The position numbers were made by a program, and so were the translations under genes. This document shows, piece by piece, positions 48,401-61,480 of a stretch of DNA of 64,000 bases. The stretch covers positions 179,297 to 243,296 of the forward strand of contig NMRA01000225.1 of NCBI GenBank assembly GCA_002633005.1, given 5' to 3'. Each line of letters opens with the position of its first letter. The stretch's first letter is position 1. The notes below the pieces were generated by a model. It was not told where the DNA came from, did not search any database, and saw only the letters and a list, made by a program, of their open reading frames with translations. The DNA comes from Phoronis australis (taxonomy: Eukaryota > Animalia > Phoronida).

Positions 48401-51400
48401 AACAATACCCTGTGTACTCATTCTATCAACACTGGGCTCACTAGATTAAGTTTTCGTGTTATATTTTTACTCACTCGGAGTAACATTTATAGCCACTTGG
48501 GTTTCCATTTGTGTGGAGCTCCACTTTCACGCGTAGATAAGAATACCTTCTGTAAAACTAAATTCTCGTTTGCAGATAGCACTAAACCAACTGGACATGG
48601 AGAAGGTGGAGGTATGAAATATTTTTCTCTGATTCAAAGTTGTTCTTTGAGAGCAGAGCTTAATGGAAGGCAGACCATTTGCTGCTTTCACGGAACTAAT
48701 CTTAGATTTTGGCCAAGTGAGAAGCAACAAATAGTGGAAAACAAAAATGACGCTGGAGTGCAGGATGAAAATGATGGTCAGATATTAATCAATAAACATC
48801 CTCTCGTAAAATAGTAGAAAGAAAACGAAAAAACATTTTAACAGAATGCTCATTTCACATCACAACTCATGACGCAAGATCTGTAACTAAAAATTGTACC
48901 ACAACACCAGCTTAAATCTTCTAACATGAATGATTGATCTCTCAGTTTTGATGGCTTTTATGTGAATTGCCTCACAGATTAAGAGATATGCACTTTTATT
49001 ATCATGGTGAAGAAACTTGACCTCATTAAACCGTTTTGTGTTGTCAGGCGAACTGTAACGATAGCCGTGTGTTTTACACTCTACCTTGGCATGACCACTC
49101 GGACTTTGCATCATACGCTAGCTGAACTCCAAAAAATGTTAATACCCAGTGTACTAGTTTCTGTGTTTCATTTTTATTTTACCACAATAACTTTTTGACA
49201 CTTGGGTTTCCATTTTTGTGGAGACTCAGCTTTTAGATATGAGAACACTTCCTGAAAAACTAAATTATGGTTTGCGGATACCATTAAGACAACTGAAAGT
49301 AGAGATGGTGGAGGTATGTTGATATTTTTTAACTGAAAATTAACACTGAATATGTATTTTAATAGTAGGTAGAACATATGTGCTGCTTTCACGAGAATAT
49401 TTTTTATATTTTTCTCAAGTTTGAATCAAGAAGTGAAAATCAAAAAGTACATTAGAATGCGACATGGAAATGATGTTTGAATATTAATGAAAAACAGTCC
49501 TCAGTTAAAATAATAGAAAGAAAACATCATAACATAATGTTCACTTCACATCATAATTCAGGCACAACTAAAAACTGCCACAACTCTAGTCTGTATGCAT
49601 AAACATGCCTAATGTGTCACATCCCAGCATTGAGGGCCTGTAAGTGATTATTGTGGTCAAGAATATGCACCCGAGGAAACACTTTAGTGAGGGCAGGTGA
49701 CCTACAACGGTTTTCGTGAGTTTTACTCTGACATGACCACTCAAATTCTGAATCATAGACTGATTGAAAACAAGAAAGATGCCAAAAATACCCTGTGTAC
49801 ATATTCTATCATCAGTGGGATCACTAGATTAAGATTTCGTATTATATTTTTACTCATTCGGAGTAACATTTATAGCCACCTGGGTTTCCATTTGTGTGGG
49901 GCTCCACTTTCACGTGTATATAAGAATACTTACTGTAAAACTAAATTCTGGTTTGCAGATACCACTAAACCAACTGGAAATGGAGAAGGTGGAGGTCTCA
50001 AATATTTTTCTCTGATTTAAAGTTGTTCTTTGAGAGCAGAGCTTAATGGTAGGCAGACCATGCGCTGCTTTCACGGGAATAATCTTAGATTTTGGCCAAA
50101 TGAGAAGCAACAAATAGTGGAAAACAAAAATGACGCTGGAGTGAAGGATGAAAATGATGGTCGGATATTGATCAATAATCATCCTCTGGTAAAATAGTAG
50201 AAAGAAATCGAAAACACATTTTAACAGAATGCTATTTTCACATCCGACTTCATGACGGAAGATCTGTAACTAAAAATTGTACCACAACACCAGTCTAAAT
50301 CTTCCAACGTGAATGAGTGATGTCTCAGTTTTGATGGCTTGTATGTGAATTGCCTCACAGATTAAGAGATATGCACTTTTTATCATGGTGAAGAAACTTG
50401 ACCTCATTAAACCCTTTTGTGTTGTCAGGCAAACTGTAACGATAGTCGTAACTTTTACACTATACCTTGGCATGACCATTCGGACTTTGTATCATACCCT
50501 AGCTGTATTCAAAAAATGTCAATACCCTGTGTACTAGTTTCTGTGTTTCTTTTTTATTTACCCACAATAACTTTTGCCACTTGGGTTTCCATTTGTGTGG
50601 AGACGCAACTTTCACATATAAGAATACTTCCTGAAAAACTTAATTATGGTTTGCAGACACGATTAAGACAACTGAAAGTAGAGATGGTGGAGGTATGTTG
50701 ATATTTTTTAACTGAAAATTAACACTGAAGATGTATTTTAATAGTAGGTAGAACATATGTGCCACTTTCATGAGAATAATTTATATATTTTTCTCAAGTT
50801 TGAATCAAGAAATGGAAATCAAAAAATACTTTAGAGTGCAGCTTGGAAAAGATATTTGAATATTCCGGAAAACCAGTCCTCAGTTAGATAGACAGAAAGC
50901 ATAGTATCATAACTGTACGATTGTCGTGAGTATTACCCTGACATGACCACTCAAACTTTGCATCATAGACTGGCTGAAAACAAGAAAGATGTCAAAAATA
51001 CCCTGTTTACTCATTCTATCAACACTGGGCTCACTAGATTAAGTTTTCGTATTATATTTTTTCTCACTCGGAGTAACATTTATAGCCACTTGGGTTTCAA
51101 TTTGTGTGGAGCTCCACTTTCACGTGTAGATAAAAATACTTTCTGTAAAACTAAATTCTGGTTTGCAGATACCACTAAACCAACTGGACATGGAGAAGGT
51201 GGAGGTATGAAATATTTTTCTCTGATTCAAAGTTGTTCTTTGGCAGTAGAGCTTAATGGCAGGCATACCATGTGCTGCTTTCACGGGAATAATCTTAGAT
51301 TTGGCCAAATGAGAAGCAACAAATAGTGGAACCAAAAATGACGCTGGAGTGCAGGATGAAAATGATGGTCGGATATTAATCAATAATCATCCTCTGGTAA

Positions 51401-54400
51401 AATAGTAGAAAGAAAACGAAAAAACATTTTAACAGAATGCTCTTTTCACATCCGAATTCATGACCGAAGATCTGCAACTAAAAATTGTACCACAACACCA
51501 GTCTAAATCTTTCAACGTGAATGAGTGAATTCTCAGTTTTGATGGCTTGTATGTGAATTGCCTCACAGATTAAGAGATATGCACTTTTTATCATGGTGAA
51601 GAAACTTGACCTTATTAAACAATTTTGTGATGTCAGGCGAACTGTAACGATAGTCGTGTCTTTTACACTATACCTTGGCATGACCATTCGGACTTTGTAT
51701 CATACCCTAGCTGTATTCAAAAAATGTCAATACCCTGTGTACTAGTTTCTGTGTTTCTTTTTTATTTACCCACAATAACTTTTGCCACTTGGGTTTCCAT
51801 TTGTGTGGAGACTCAACTTTCACATATAAGAATACTTCCTGAAAAACTTAATTATGGTTTGCAGACACGATTAAGACAACTGAAAGTAGAGATGGTGGAG
51901 GTATGTTGATATTTTTTAACTGAAAATTAACGCTGAAGATGTATTTTAATAGTAGGTAGAACATATGTGCCACTTTCATGAGAATAATTTATATATTTTT
52001 CTCAAGTTTGAATCAAGAAATGGAAATCAAAAAATACTTTAGAGTGCAGCTTGGAAAAGATATTTGAATATTCCGGAAAACCAGTCCTCAGTTAGATAGA
52101 CAGAAAGCATAGTATCATAACTGTACGATTGTCGTGAGTATTACCCTGACATGACCACTCAAACTTTGCATCATAGACTGGCTGAAAACAAGAAAGATGT
52201 CAAAAATACCCTGTTTACTCATTCTATCAACACTGGGCTCACTAGATTAAGTTTTCGTATTATATTTTTTCTCACTCGGAGTAACATTTATAGCCACTTG
52301 GGTTTCAATTTGTGTGGAGCTCCACTTTCACGTGTAGATAAAAATACTTTCTGTAAAACTAAATTCTGGTTTGCAGATACCACTAAACCAACTGGACATG
52401 GAGAAGGTGGAGGTATGAAATATTTTTCTCTGATTCAAAGTTGTTCTTTGGCAGTAGAGCTTAATGGCAGGCATACCATGTGCTGCTTTCACGGGAATAA
52501 TCTTAGATTTGGCCAAATGAGAAGCAACAAATAGTGGAACCAAAAATGACGCTGGAGTGCAGGATGAAAATGATGGTCGGATATTAATCAATAATCATCC
52601 TCTGGTAAAATAGTAGAAAGAAAACGAAAAAACATTTTAACAGAATGCTCTTTTCACATCCGAATTCATGACCGAAGATCTGCAACTAAAAATTGTACCA
52701 CAACACCAGTCTAAATCTTTCAACGTGAATGAGTGAATTCTCAGTTTTGATGGCTTGTATGTGAATTGCCTCACAGATTAAGAGATATGCACTTTTTATC
52801 ATGGTGAAGAAACTTGACCTTATTAAACAATTTTGTGATGTCAGGCGAACTGTAACGATAGTCGTGTCTTTTACACTATACCTTGGCATGACCATTCGGA
52901 CTTTGTATCATACCCTAGCTGTATTCAAAAAATGTCAATACCCTGTGTACTAGTTTCTGTGTTTCATTTTTATTTATCCACAATAACTTTTGCCACTTGA
53001 GTTTGCATTTGTGTGGAGACTCAACGTTCACATATAAGAATACTTCCTGAAAAACTTAATTATGGTTTGCAGACACCATTAAGACAACTGAAAGTAGAGA
53101 TGGTGGAGGTATGTTGATATTTTTTAACTGAAAATTAACACTGAACATGTATTTTAATAGTAGGTAGAACATATGTGCCGTTTTCACGAGAATAATTTAT
53201 ATATTTTTCTCAAGTTTGAAGCAAGAAATGGAAATCAAAAAATACTTTAGAGTTCAGCATGGAAAAGATATTTGAATATTACGGAAAACCAGTCATCAGT
53301 TAGATAGACAGAAAACATAACCATAACACTACGGTTGTCGTGAGTCTTACCCTGACATGACCACTCAAATTCTGCATAATAGACTGGCTGAAAACAAGAA
53401 AGATGTCAAAAATACCCTGTGTACTCATTCTATCGACACTGGGCTCTCTAGATTAAGTTTTCGTATTGTATTTTTACTTACTCGGAGTAACATTTATAGC
53501 CACTTGGGTTTCAGTTTGTGTAGAGCTCCACTTTCACGTGTATATAAGAATACTTTCTGTAAAACTAAATTATGGTTTGCAGATACCACTAAACCAACTG
53601 GACATGGAGAAGGTGGAGGTATGAAATATTTTTCTCTGATTCAAAGTTGTTCTTTGAAAGTAGAGCTTAATTGAAGGCAGACCATGTGCTGCTTTCACGG
53701 GAATAATCTTAGATTTTGGCCAAATGAGAAGCAACAATTAGTGGAAAACAAAAAATGACGCTGGAGTGCAGGATGAAAATGATGGTCAGATATTAATCAA
53801 TAAACATCCTCTCGTAAAATAGTAGAAAGAAAACGAAAAAACATTTTGACAGAATGCTCATTTCACATCACAACTCATGACGCAAGATCTGTAACTAAAA
53901 ATTGTACCACAACACCAGCTTAAATCTTCTAACATGAATGATTGATCTCTCAGTTTTGATGGCTTGTATGTGAATTGCCTCACAGATTAAGAGATATGCA
54001 CTTTTATTATCATGGTGAAGAAACTTGACCTCATTAAACCGTTTTGTGTTGTCAGGCGAACTGGAATGATAGTCGTGACTATGATTTACACTGTACCTTG
54101 GCGTGACCACTCGGATTTTGCATCATACGCTAGCTGAACTCCAAAAAATGTCAATACCCTGTGTACTAGTTTCTGTGTTTCATTTTAATTTACCCACAAT
54201 AACTTTTGCCACTTGGGTTTCCATTTGTGTGGAGACTCAACTTTCACATATAAGAATACTTCCTGAAAAACTAAATTTTGGTTTGCAGACACCATTAAGA
54301 CAACTGAAAGTAGAGATGGTGGAGGTATCTTGATATTTCTTAACTAAAAATTAACACTGAAGATGTATTTTAATAGTAGGTAGAACATATGTGCCTCTTT

Positions 54401-57400
54401 CATGAGAATAATTTTTATATTTTTCTCAAGTTTGAATCAAGAAATGAAAATCAAAAAGTACATTAGAATGCGACATGGAAATGATGTTTGAATATTAATG
54501 AAAAACAGTCCTCAGTTAAAATATTAGACAGAAAACATAATATCATAACATAATGTTCACTTCACATCATAATGCATGGTAAAACTAAAAACTCTCCACA
54601 ACTCTAGTCTGTATGCATAAACATGCCTAATGAGTCACATCCCAGTATTGAGGGCCTGTAAGTGATTATTGTGATCAAGAACATGCACCTAGGAAACTCT
54701 TTAGTATGATCAGGTGAACTATAACGGTTGTCGTGAGTTTTACCCTGACATGACCACTCAAATTTTGCATCATAGACTGACTGAAAACAAAGATGCCAAC
54801 AATACCCTGTGCCCTCATTCTATCAACACTGGGCTCACTAGATTAAATTTTCGTATTATATTTTTAATCACTCGGCGTAACATTTATAGCCACTTGGGTT
54901 TCCATTTGTGTGGAGCTCCACTTTCACTTGTAGATAAGAATACTTTCTGTAAAACTAAATTCTGGTTTGCAGATACCACTAAACCAACTGGAAATGGAGA
55001 AGGTGGAGGTATGAAATATTTTTCTCTGATTCAAAGTTGTTCTTTGAGAGCAGAGCTTAATGGCAGGCAGCCCATGTGCTGCTTTCACGGGAATAATCTT
55101 AGATTTTGGCCAAATGAGAAGCAACAAATAGTGGAAAACAAAAATGACGCTGGAGTGCAGGATGAAAATGATGGTCAGATATTAATCAATAAACATCCTC
55201 TCGTAAAATAGTAGAAAGAAAACGAAAAAACATTTTAACAGAATGCTCGTTTCACATCCGAATTCATGACGCAAGATCTGTAACTAAAATTGTACCACAA
55301 CACCAGCCTAAATCTTCCAACGTGAATGAGTGATTTCTCAGTTTTGATGGCTTGTATGTGAATTGCCTCACAGATTAAGAGATATGCACTTTTTACCATG
55401 GTGAAGAAACTTGACCTCATTAAACCCTTTTGTGTTGTCAGGCGAACTGTAACGATAGTCGTGTCTTTTACACTATACCTTGGCATGACCACTCGGACTT
55501 TGTATCATACGCTAGCTGAAGTCCAAAAAACGTCAATACCCTGTGTACTAGTTTCTGTGTTTCATTTTAATTTACCCACAATAACTTTTGCCAGTTGGGT
55601 TTGCATTTGTGTGGAGACACAACTTTCACATATAAGAATACTTCCTGAAAAACTAAATTATGGTTTTCAGACACCATTAAAACAACTGAAAGTAGAGATA
55701 GTGGAGGTATGTTGTTATTTTTTAACTGAAAATTGAAACTGAAGATGTATTTTTATTATTAGGTAGAACATATGTGCCGTTTTCACGAGAATAATTTAAA
55801 TATTTTTCTCAAGTTTGAATCTAGAAATGGAAGTCAAAAAATACTTTAGAGTGCAGCATGGAAAAGATATTTGAATATTACGGAAAACCAGTCATCAGTT
55901 AGATAGACAGAAAACATAACCATTACATTACGGTTGTCGTGAGTTTTACCCTGACATGACCACTCAAATTTTGCATCATAGACTGACTCAAAACAAGAAA
56001 GATGCCAACAATACCCTGGGTACTCATTCTATCAACACTGGGCTCACTAGATTAAATTTTCGTATTATATTTTTACTCACTCGGCGTAACATTTATAGCC
56101 ACTTGGGTTTCAATTTGTGTGGAGCTCCACTTTCACGTGTAGATAAGAATACTTTCTGTAAAACTAAATTCTGGTTTGCAGATACCACTAAACCAACTGG
56201 ACATGGAGAAGGTGGAGGTATGAAATATTTTTCTCTGATTCAAAGTTGTTCTTTGGCAGTAGAGCTTAATGGCAGGCATACCATGTGCTGCTTTCACGGG
56301 AATAATCTTAGATTTGGCCAAATGAGAAGCAACAAATAGTGGAACCAAAAATGACGCTGGAGTGCAGGATGAAAATGATGGTCGGATATTAATCAATAAT
56401 CATCCTCTGGTAAAATAGTAGAAAGAAAACGAAAAAACATTTTAACAGAATGCTCTTTTCACATCCGAATTCATGACCGAAGATCTGCAACTAAAAATTG
56501 TACCACAACACCAGTCTAAATCTTTCAACGTGAATGAGTGGATTCTCAGTTTTGGTGGCTTGTATGTGAATTGCCTCACAGATTAAGAGATATGCACTTT
56601 TATTATGATGGTGAAGAAACTTGACCTCATTAAACCCTTTTGTGTTGTCAGGCGAACTGGAACGATAGTCGTGACTGTGTTTTACACTGTACCTTGGCGT
56701 GACCACTCGGATTTTGCATCATACGCTAGCTGAACTCCAAAAAAATGTCAATACCCTGTGTACTAGTGTCTGTGTTTCATTTTTATTTACCCACAATAAC
56801 TTTTTGCCACTTGGGTTTCCATTTGTGTGGAGACTCAACTTTGACATAGAAGAATACTTCCTGAAAAACTAAATTTTGGTTTGCAGACACCTTTAAGACA
56901 ACTGAAAGTAGAGATGGTGGAGGTATGTTGATATTTTTTAACTGAAAATTAACACTGGAGATGTATTTTAATAGTAGGTAGCACTGTTATATTTATCTCA
57001 AGTTTGAATCAAGAAATGAAAATCAAAAAGTACATTAGAATGCGACGTGGAAATGATGTTTGAATATTAATGAAAAACCGTCCTCAGTTAAAATAGAAAG
57101 AAAACATAATATTATAACATAATGTTCACTTCACATCATAATGCATGGTACAACTAAAACCTCTGCCATAGCTCTAGTCTGTATGCATAAACATGCCTAT
57201 TGAGTCACACCGCAGCACTGAGGGCCTGTAAGTGATTATTGTGATCAAGAACATGCTCCCGAGGAAACTCTTTAGTATGAGCAGGTGAACTATAACGGTT
57301 GTCGTGAGTTTTACCCTGACATGACCACTCAAATTTTGCATCATAGACTGGCTGAAAACAAGAAAGATCTCACCAACAATACCCTGTGTACTCATTCTAT

Positions 57401-60400
57401 CAACACTGGGCTCTCTAGTTTAAGTTTTCGTATTATATTTTACCCACTCGGAGTAACATTTATTGCCACTTGGCTTTCCATTTGTGTGGAGCTCCACTTT
57501 CAGGAGTAGATAAGAATACTTTCATTAAAACTAAATTCTGGTTTGCAGATACCACTAAACCAACTGGACATGGAGAAGGTGGAGGTATGTCGATATCTTT
57601 CTCTAGTTCAAAAATTAAATGAGTTCACTGATTAGATAGAGAGTAGTAGACAGACCATGTCCCGTTATCACGAGGATCATATTTTCTTATCAACAAGTCA
57701 AATTTGTTCTGATCACCAATCGCTTATCAACTCAATATTTATCGGTCAACTGTCCTTTTATCACTGCCATGGATAACAACAGACATATCTGTGAGGTGTG
57801 CCTCATTGATTCAGGTGGTATCAAACTATGTTGACATTTTGTAACAATATTTGTTCCAAGTGTTGCGGAAATGGTGTTAGGAATTTGGTAATTGGAATGG
57901 TGTCATGCCCTAATTCTGAAAGGCTTATGTTCTGAAGGGCATTTTTTCTGATGGTCCGTATACCCCTGACATTAACTGAATGCGAAACGTGTTTTCATTT
58001 GTTTTTAGTCTGATATGCATTTTGTCCAAAACATGTTCTCTTAAATCCTGTATTTGTTGATAGTAAGGTAATATAAAATAATACAATGTATTTATTGAGT
58101 TACAGAAACTCATGTTTTTATTTCAGTATTTATTTAAAAGTTTGAGATATGCCTACTTCATGGTTTTATACTTTCTCTTTTCTTCGATAGTACATTAACG
58201 CTACGCAGACACACGGCTACTTGAAATTTTCCCGTCTAAATTCACAATGATGAGCTTAGCAACAGCCAACTCCCCCTAAACCGTTGTCGGTGATAGTTGG
58301 CTGGTGTGCTTGCTTTTATCATGGCTTCGGCATCAAAATTTGTTGAAAAGTTTTCTGCAGGTGACTTGACCTATTTTACATGGTATTATTGATTTCATAT
58401 AACCATGTTAGTTTTCTGTTTTACAAGCTTTAATTATATTTCTAGGTGAGGCCTCTCATGTATTCTATGAAATAGGAAATGGCAGCGTCATACGACATAT
58501 AATTATGATTTTTCTAGGAAATCTTTAATATTGTTGCAAAAATGCTTCACTCATGACAGCAAGGGGCAACAATGTTTGTGTTATGACGGGTTGAACATTT
58601 GACCTGCATCAGATGCAAGTCATCACAATAAGTGAATGCTTGGATATTGTGCCTATCCCATCAAAACAAAATATCCTAACACAATGCTCAGTTAACTTCA
58701 CAACGCATGACACAAGATATGTAACTAGAAACTGTACCACAATGCAGTCTGAATATTCCACCATGGAGTGATCTCTCAGTTTTGATGGCTTGGATGTGAA
58801 TAGGCTCACAGATTAAAAAATTGACAGTATTACTGTCAACGTGAAGAAGCTTGAACTTATTCAACCATTTGGTGATATCAGGTGAGCTGTGACGATTGTC
58901 GTGTGTTATACACTGTACCTTGGCATGACCACTCGAATTTTGCATCGTACACTAGCTGAACTCCAGAAAGTTGTCAACACTACCCTGTGTACTCATTTCA
59001 TCAACATTAGTGTTCGTGTTTCATTACAATTTACTCAGAATAACTTTTGGTCACTTGGGTTTCCATTTGTGTGGAGACTCGACCTTCACATACTTTCTGT
59101 GAAGCTAAATTATGGTTTTGCAGATACCAGTAAGCCAACTAAAAGTGGAGATGGTGGAGGTATGTTGATATTATTTAACTGAACATTAACTTTGTTCACT
59201 GAAGGCGTAACTTAATAATAGGCAGACCATATGCCGCTTTCACGAGAATATTTTTTGCCAAATTAGAAGCAAGGAATGGAAACCAAAACGTTTCCTGTAT
59301 TAATTAGATTACATAAATGTGTTTTTATGTTGGTTCTTATTTTCAGATTTTGAGATATTCCTACTTTGTTGTTCTATACTTTCTCTTCTTTTTATACATA
59401 GTATATTTACCCAATGCAGACACACGCCAAACCCTGTGGTGTTGTCATGAGAACTTTAGCTTTTCTCGTGAGTTTTACGCAGTGGCATAAACACTCAAAT
59501 TTTGCACCATAGGCTGGCTGAACTCAAAAAAGATGTCAACAGTACCCTGTGTACGTATTATATCATCATTGAACACACAATTTAGATTACTATCCGTTTT
59601 GCGTTTTATTTTTATTTACTCATAGTAACTTTTGGCCACTTATGTACCCATTCTATAAACACTGAGCACACTAGATTAAATTTTCGTGTTTTATTTTTAC
59701 TCATTGAGAGTAACTTACAGCCACTTGGGTTTGCATATGTGTGGAGCTCCGTTTGCACGTACAGATAAGAATGCTTTCTGTAAAACTAAATTATGGTTTG
59801 CAAATACCACTAAACCAACTGGAAATGGAGAAGGTGGAGGTATAAAATAATTTATCTAGTTCAAAAATTAAATGTGTTCACTTATTAGATAGAGCTTAAT
59901 AGTAGGCAGACCACATGCGGTTTTCAGGTGAGCCATATTTTCTTATCAACGCGGTTTGATTTGTTCTGAACTCCAAATGTCTTACCAACTCAATATTTTG
60001 ATCAACTGTCCTGTTATGACTGCTAGGGATAACAACAGACATACCTGTGAGGTGTGCCTCATTGCTTCAGGTCTGTTAAACTATTTTGACATTTTGTAAT
60101 ATATTTTCCAAATGTTGTGGTAATAGTTTAAGGAACTGGGTAATTGGAATTGTATCATGCCCTAATTTTGAAAGACATATGCTCTGAAGGCATTTTCTCT
60201 GAAGGTCCATTTGCCCCTGACATTAAATGGATGTGAAATCATATGTGTTTCCATTTGTTTTTACTCTGATGCATTTAGTGTTAGTCCCAAAGGTATTCTC
60301 TTAAAATCCTGTACTTGTCCATACCAAGACAATATAAAGTAATACACTGTATTAATTAAGTTACAGAAACGTGTTTTTATTTCGGTTTTTATTTTCAAAT

Positions 60401-60880
60401 TTTGAGGTATTCCTACTTTGTTGTTTTATACTTTTTCTTCTTTTCTCACAAAGTACATTTACCCTGCGCAGATACACGGCTACTTTAAATTTTAACAACC
60501 ATCTTAATTTGCAATGATGAGCTTACATGTAGCAACAGCCAACCCCAAGAAAGTTGTCGGTGATAGTTTTGCGTGATTTTGATGTGTAACTTGCTCTTTA
60601 CATGACTTCGGCATCACGTTTTGTCCGGGTGACTTGACCTGTTTGAAACGGCATTATCGACTTCATGTCACTATTTCAGTTTGCTGTTTTACCAGGTTTA
60701 ATTATATTTCTCGGTCAGGCCCCTCATGTATACTATAAAATAAGAAAACACAACATCATAAGACATAGAATTTTGATAACACCTCTAGGAAATTTTAATA
60801 TTGTTGTAAACTTGCGTCAGTCATGACAACATGCCGCAACTGTGCACTTATAATTTTGACGGGTTGAAATTTTGACTTGC
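45421..60880. repeat. Complex satellite: alternating A/B monomers of ~700 bp, dimers of ~1390 or ~1208 bp, passing into ~2.25-kb units at the right end
   Basis: Anchor GGTGGAGGT(ATG) or a variant at ~45441, 46181, 46853, 47694, 48605, 49307, 49988, 50686, 51198, 51894, 52406, 53102, 53612, 54318, 55002, 55701, 56211, 56916, 57578, 59153, 59833. It is alternately followed by AAATATTTTTCTCTG (A) or TTGATATTTTTTAAC (B). Confidence 0.95.
47955..48202. mobile_element. PIF/Harbinger-like MITE inserted in the satellite
   Basis: TIRs GGGCCTGTTCCAAG / GTTGGAACGGGTCC. 3-bp duplication CTG/CTA. The empty site GCTCTAGTCTG is seen in the sister monomer at ~57171. Confidence 0.85.
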
Positions 60881-61079
60881 AAATCTGAATACCAACCTTT
60901 ATTCCTATAAAAGGTCATTGGTTGTGGTCAACATTATTGGTAACCTATTGAAGATGACAACTAAGACAGAAATTAAAGTGTTTTTCATGACATTGGTTTT
61001 GCGGAAATGAGGCTTTGCAAAGATTAGACAGAGTTGCAGAGTATCGTTGGCCATGTAAATTGTACAAAATCAATTCTCA

Positions 61080-61480
61080 TGAAAGACGTAAATTAGCTGC
61101 TAACAGCATACATTATTTGCTGTGAAAATTAATTATTTACTTAGAAAATTATTTTTAAGTTCGAAAATCAATTACTAAAGGCATAGATTACTTTCAACAG
61201 CATAGGTAATTCTTTACAGCGAAAATTAGTTACTTACGCTGCAAATTAACTTTTAATGGCATTAATTGAAGTTAATTTAGGTGCATATCATTCACTCATT
61301 TGGTCAACAATAGATTTTACAGCAAATAATTAATTTTTGGGTTAAAAGTAATTTTACACAGCAAATAATTGATTTACGCCATTAAAGGTCAGTTTGTCCA
61401 GCTAACAATTTACGCCAGTAAGAAGTAATTCATGCCATTAAGAATTGATTTACGCCGTTAATAATTATTTTATGCGGTTA
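61080..61480. repeat. Degenerate AT-rich fold-back / minisatellite
   Basis: Recurrent AAATAATT(A/G)ATTT and TTTACGCC units. TTATTTGCTGTGAAAATT (~61113) is inverted relative to ATTTTACACAGCAAATAA (~61351). Confidence 0.45.

Noticed and set aside
46862-59182. Recurrent 60-166 aa ORFs (e.g. MTTQILHH..., MSIPCVLVS...) that look like a tandem gene family
   Set aside because: They are translations of satellite monomers. Starts, stops and frames vary between copies, they occur on both strands, and no domain or consistent splice pattern is visible.
45421-60880. CRISPR-like repeat-spacer array
   Set aside because: Whole units are homologous, with no unique spacers; units are ~700 bp; no cas genes; eukaryotic context.
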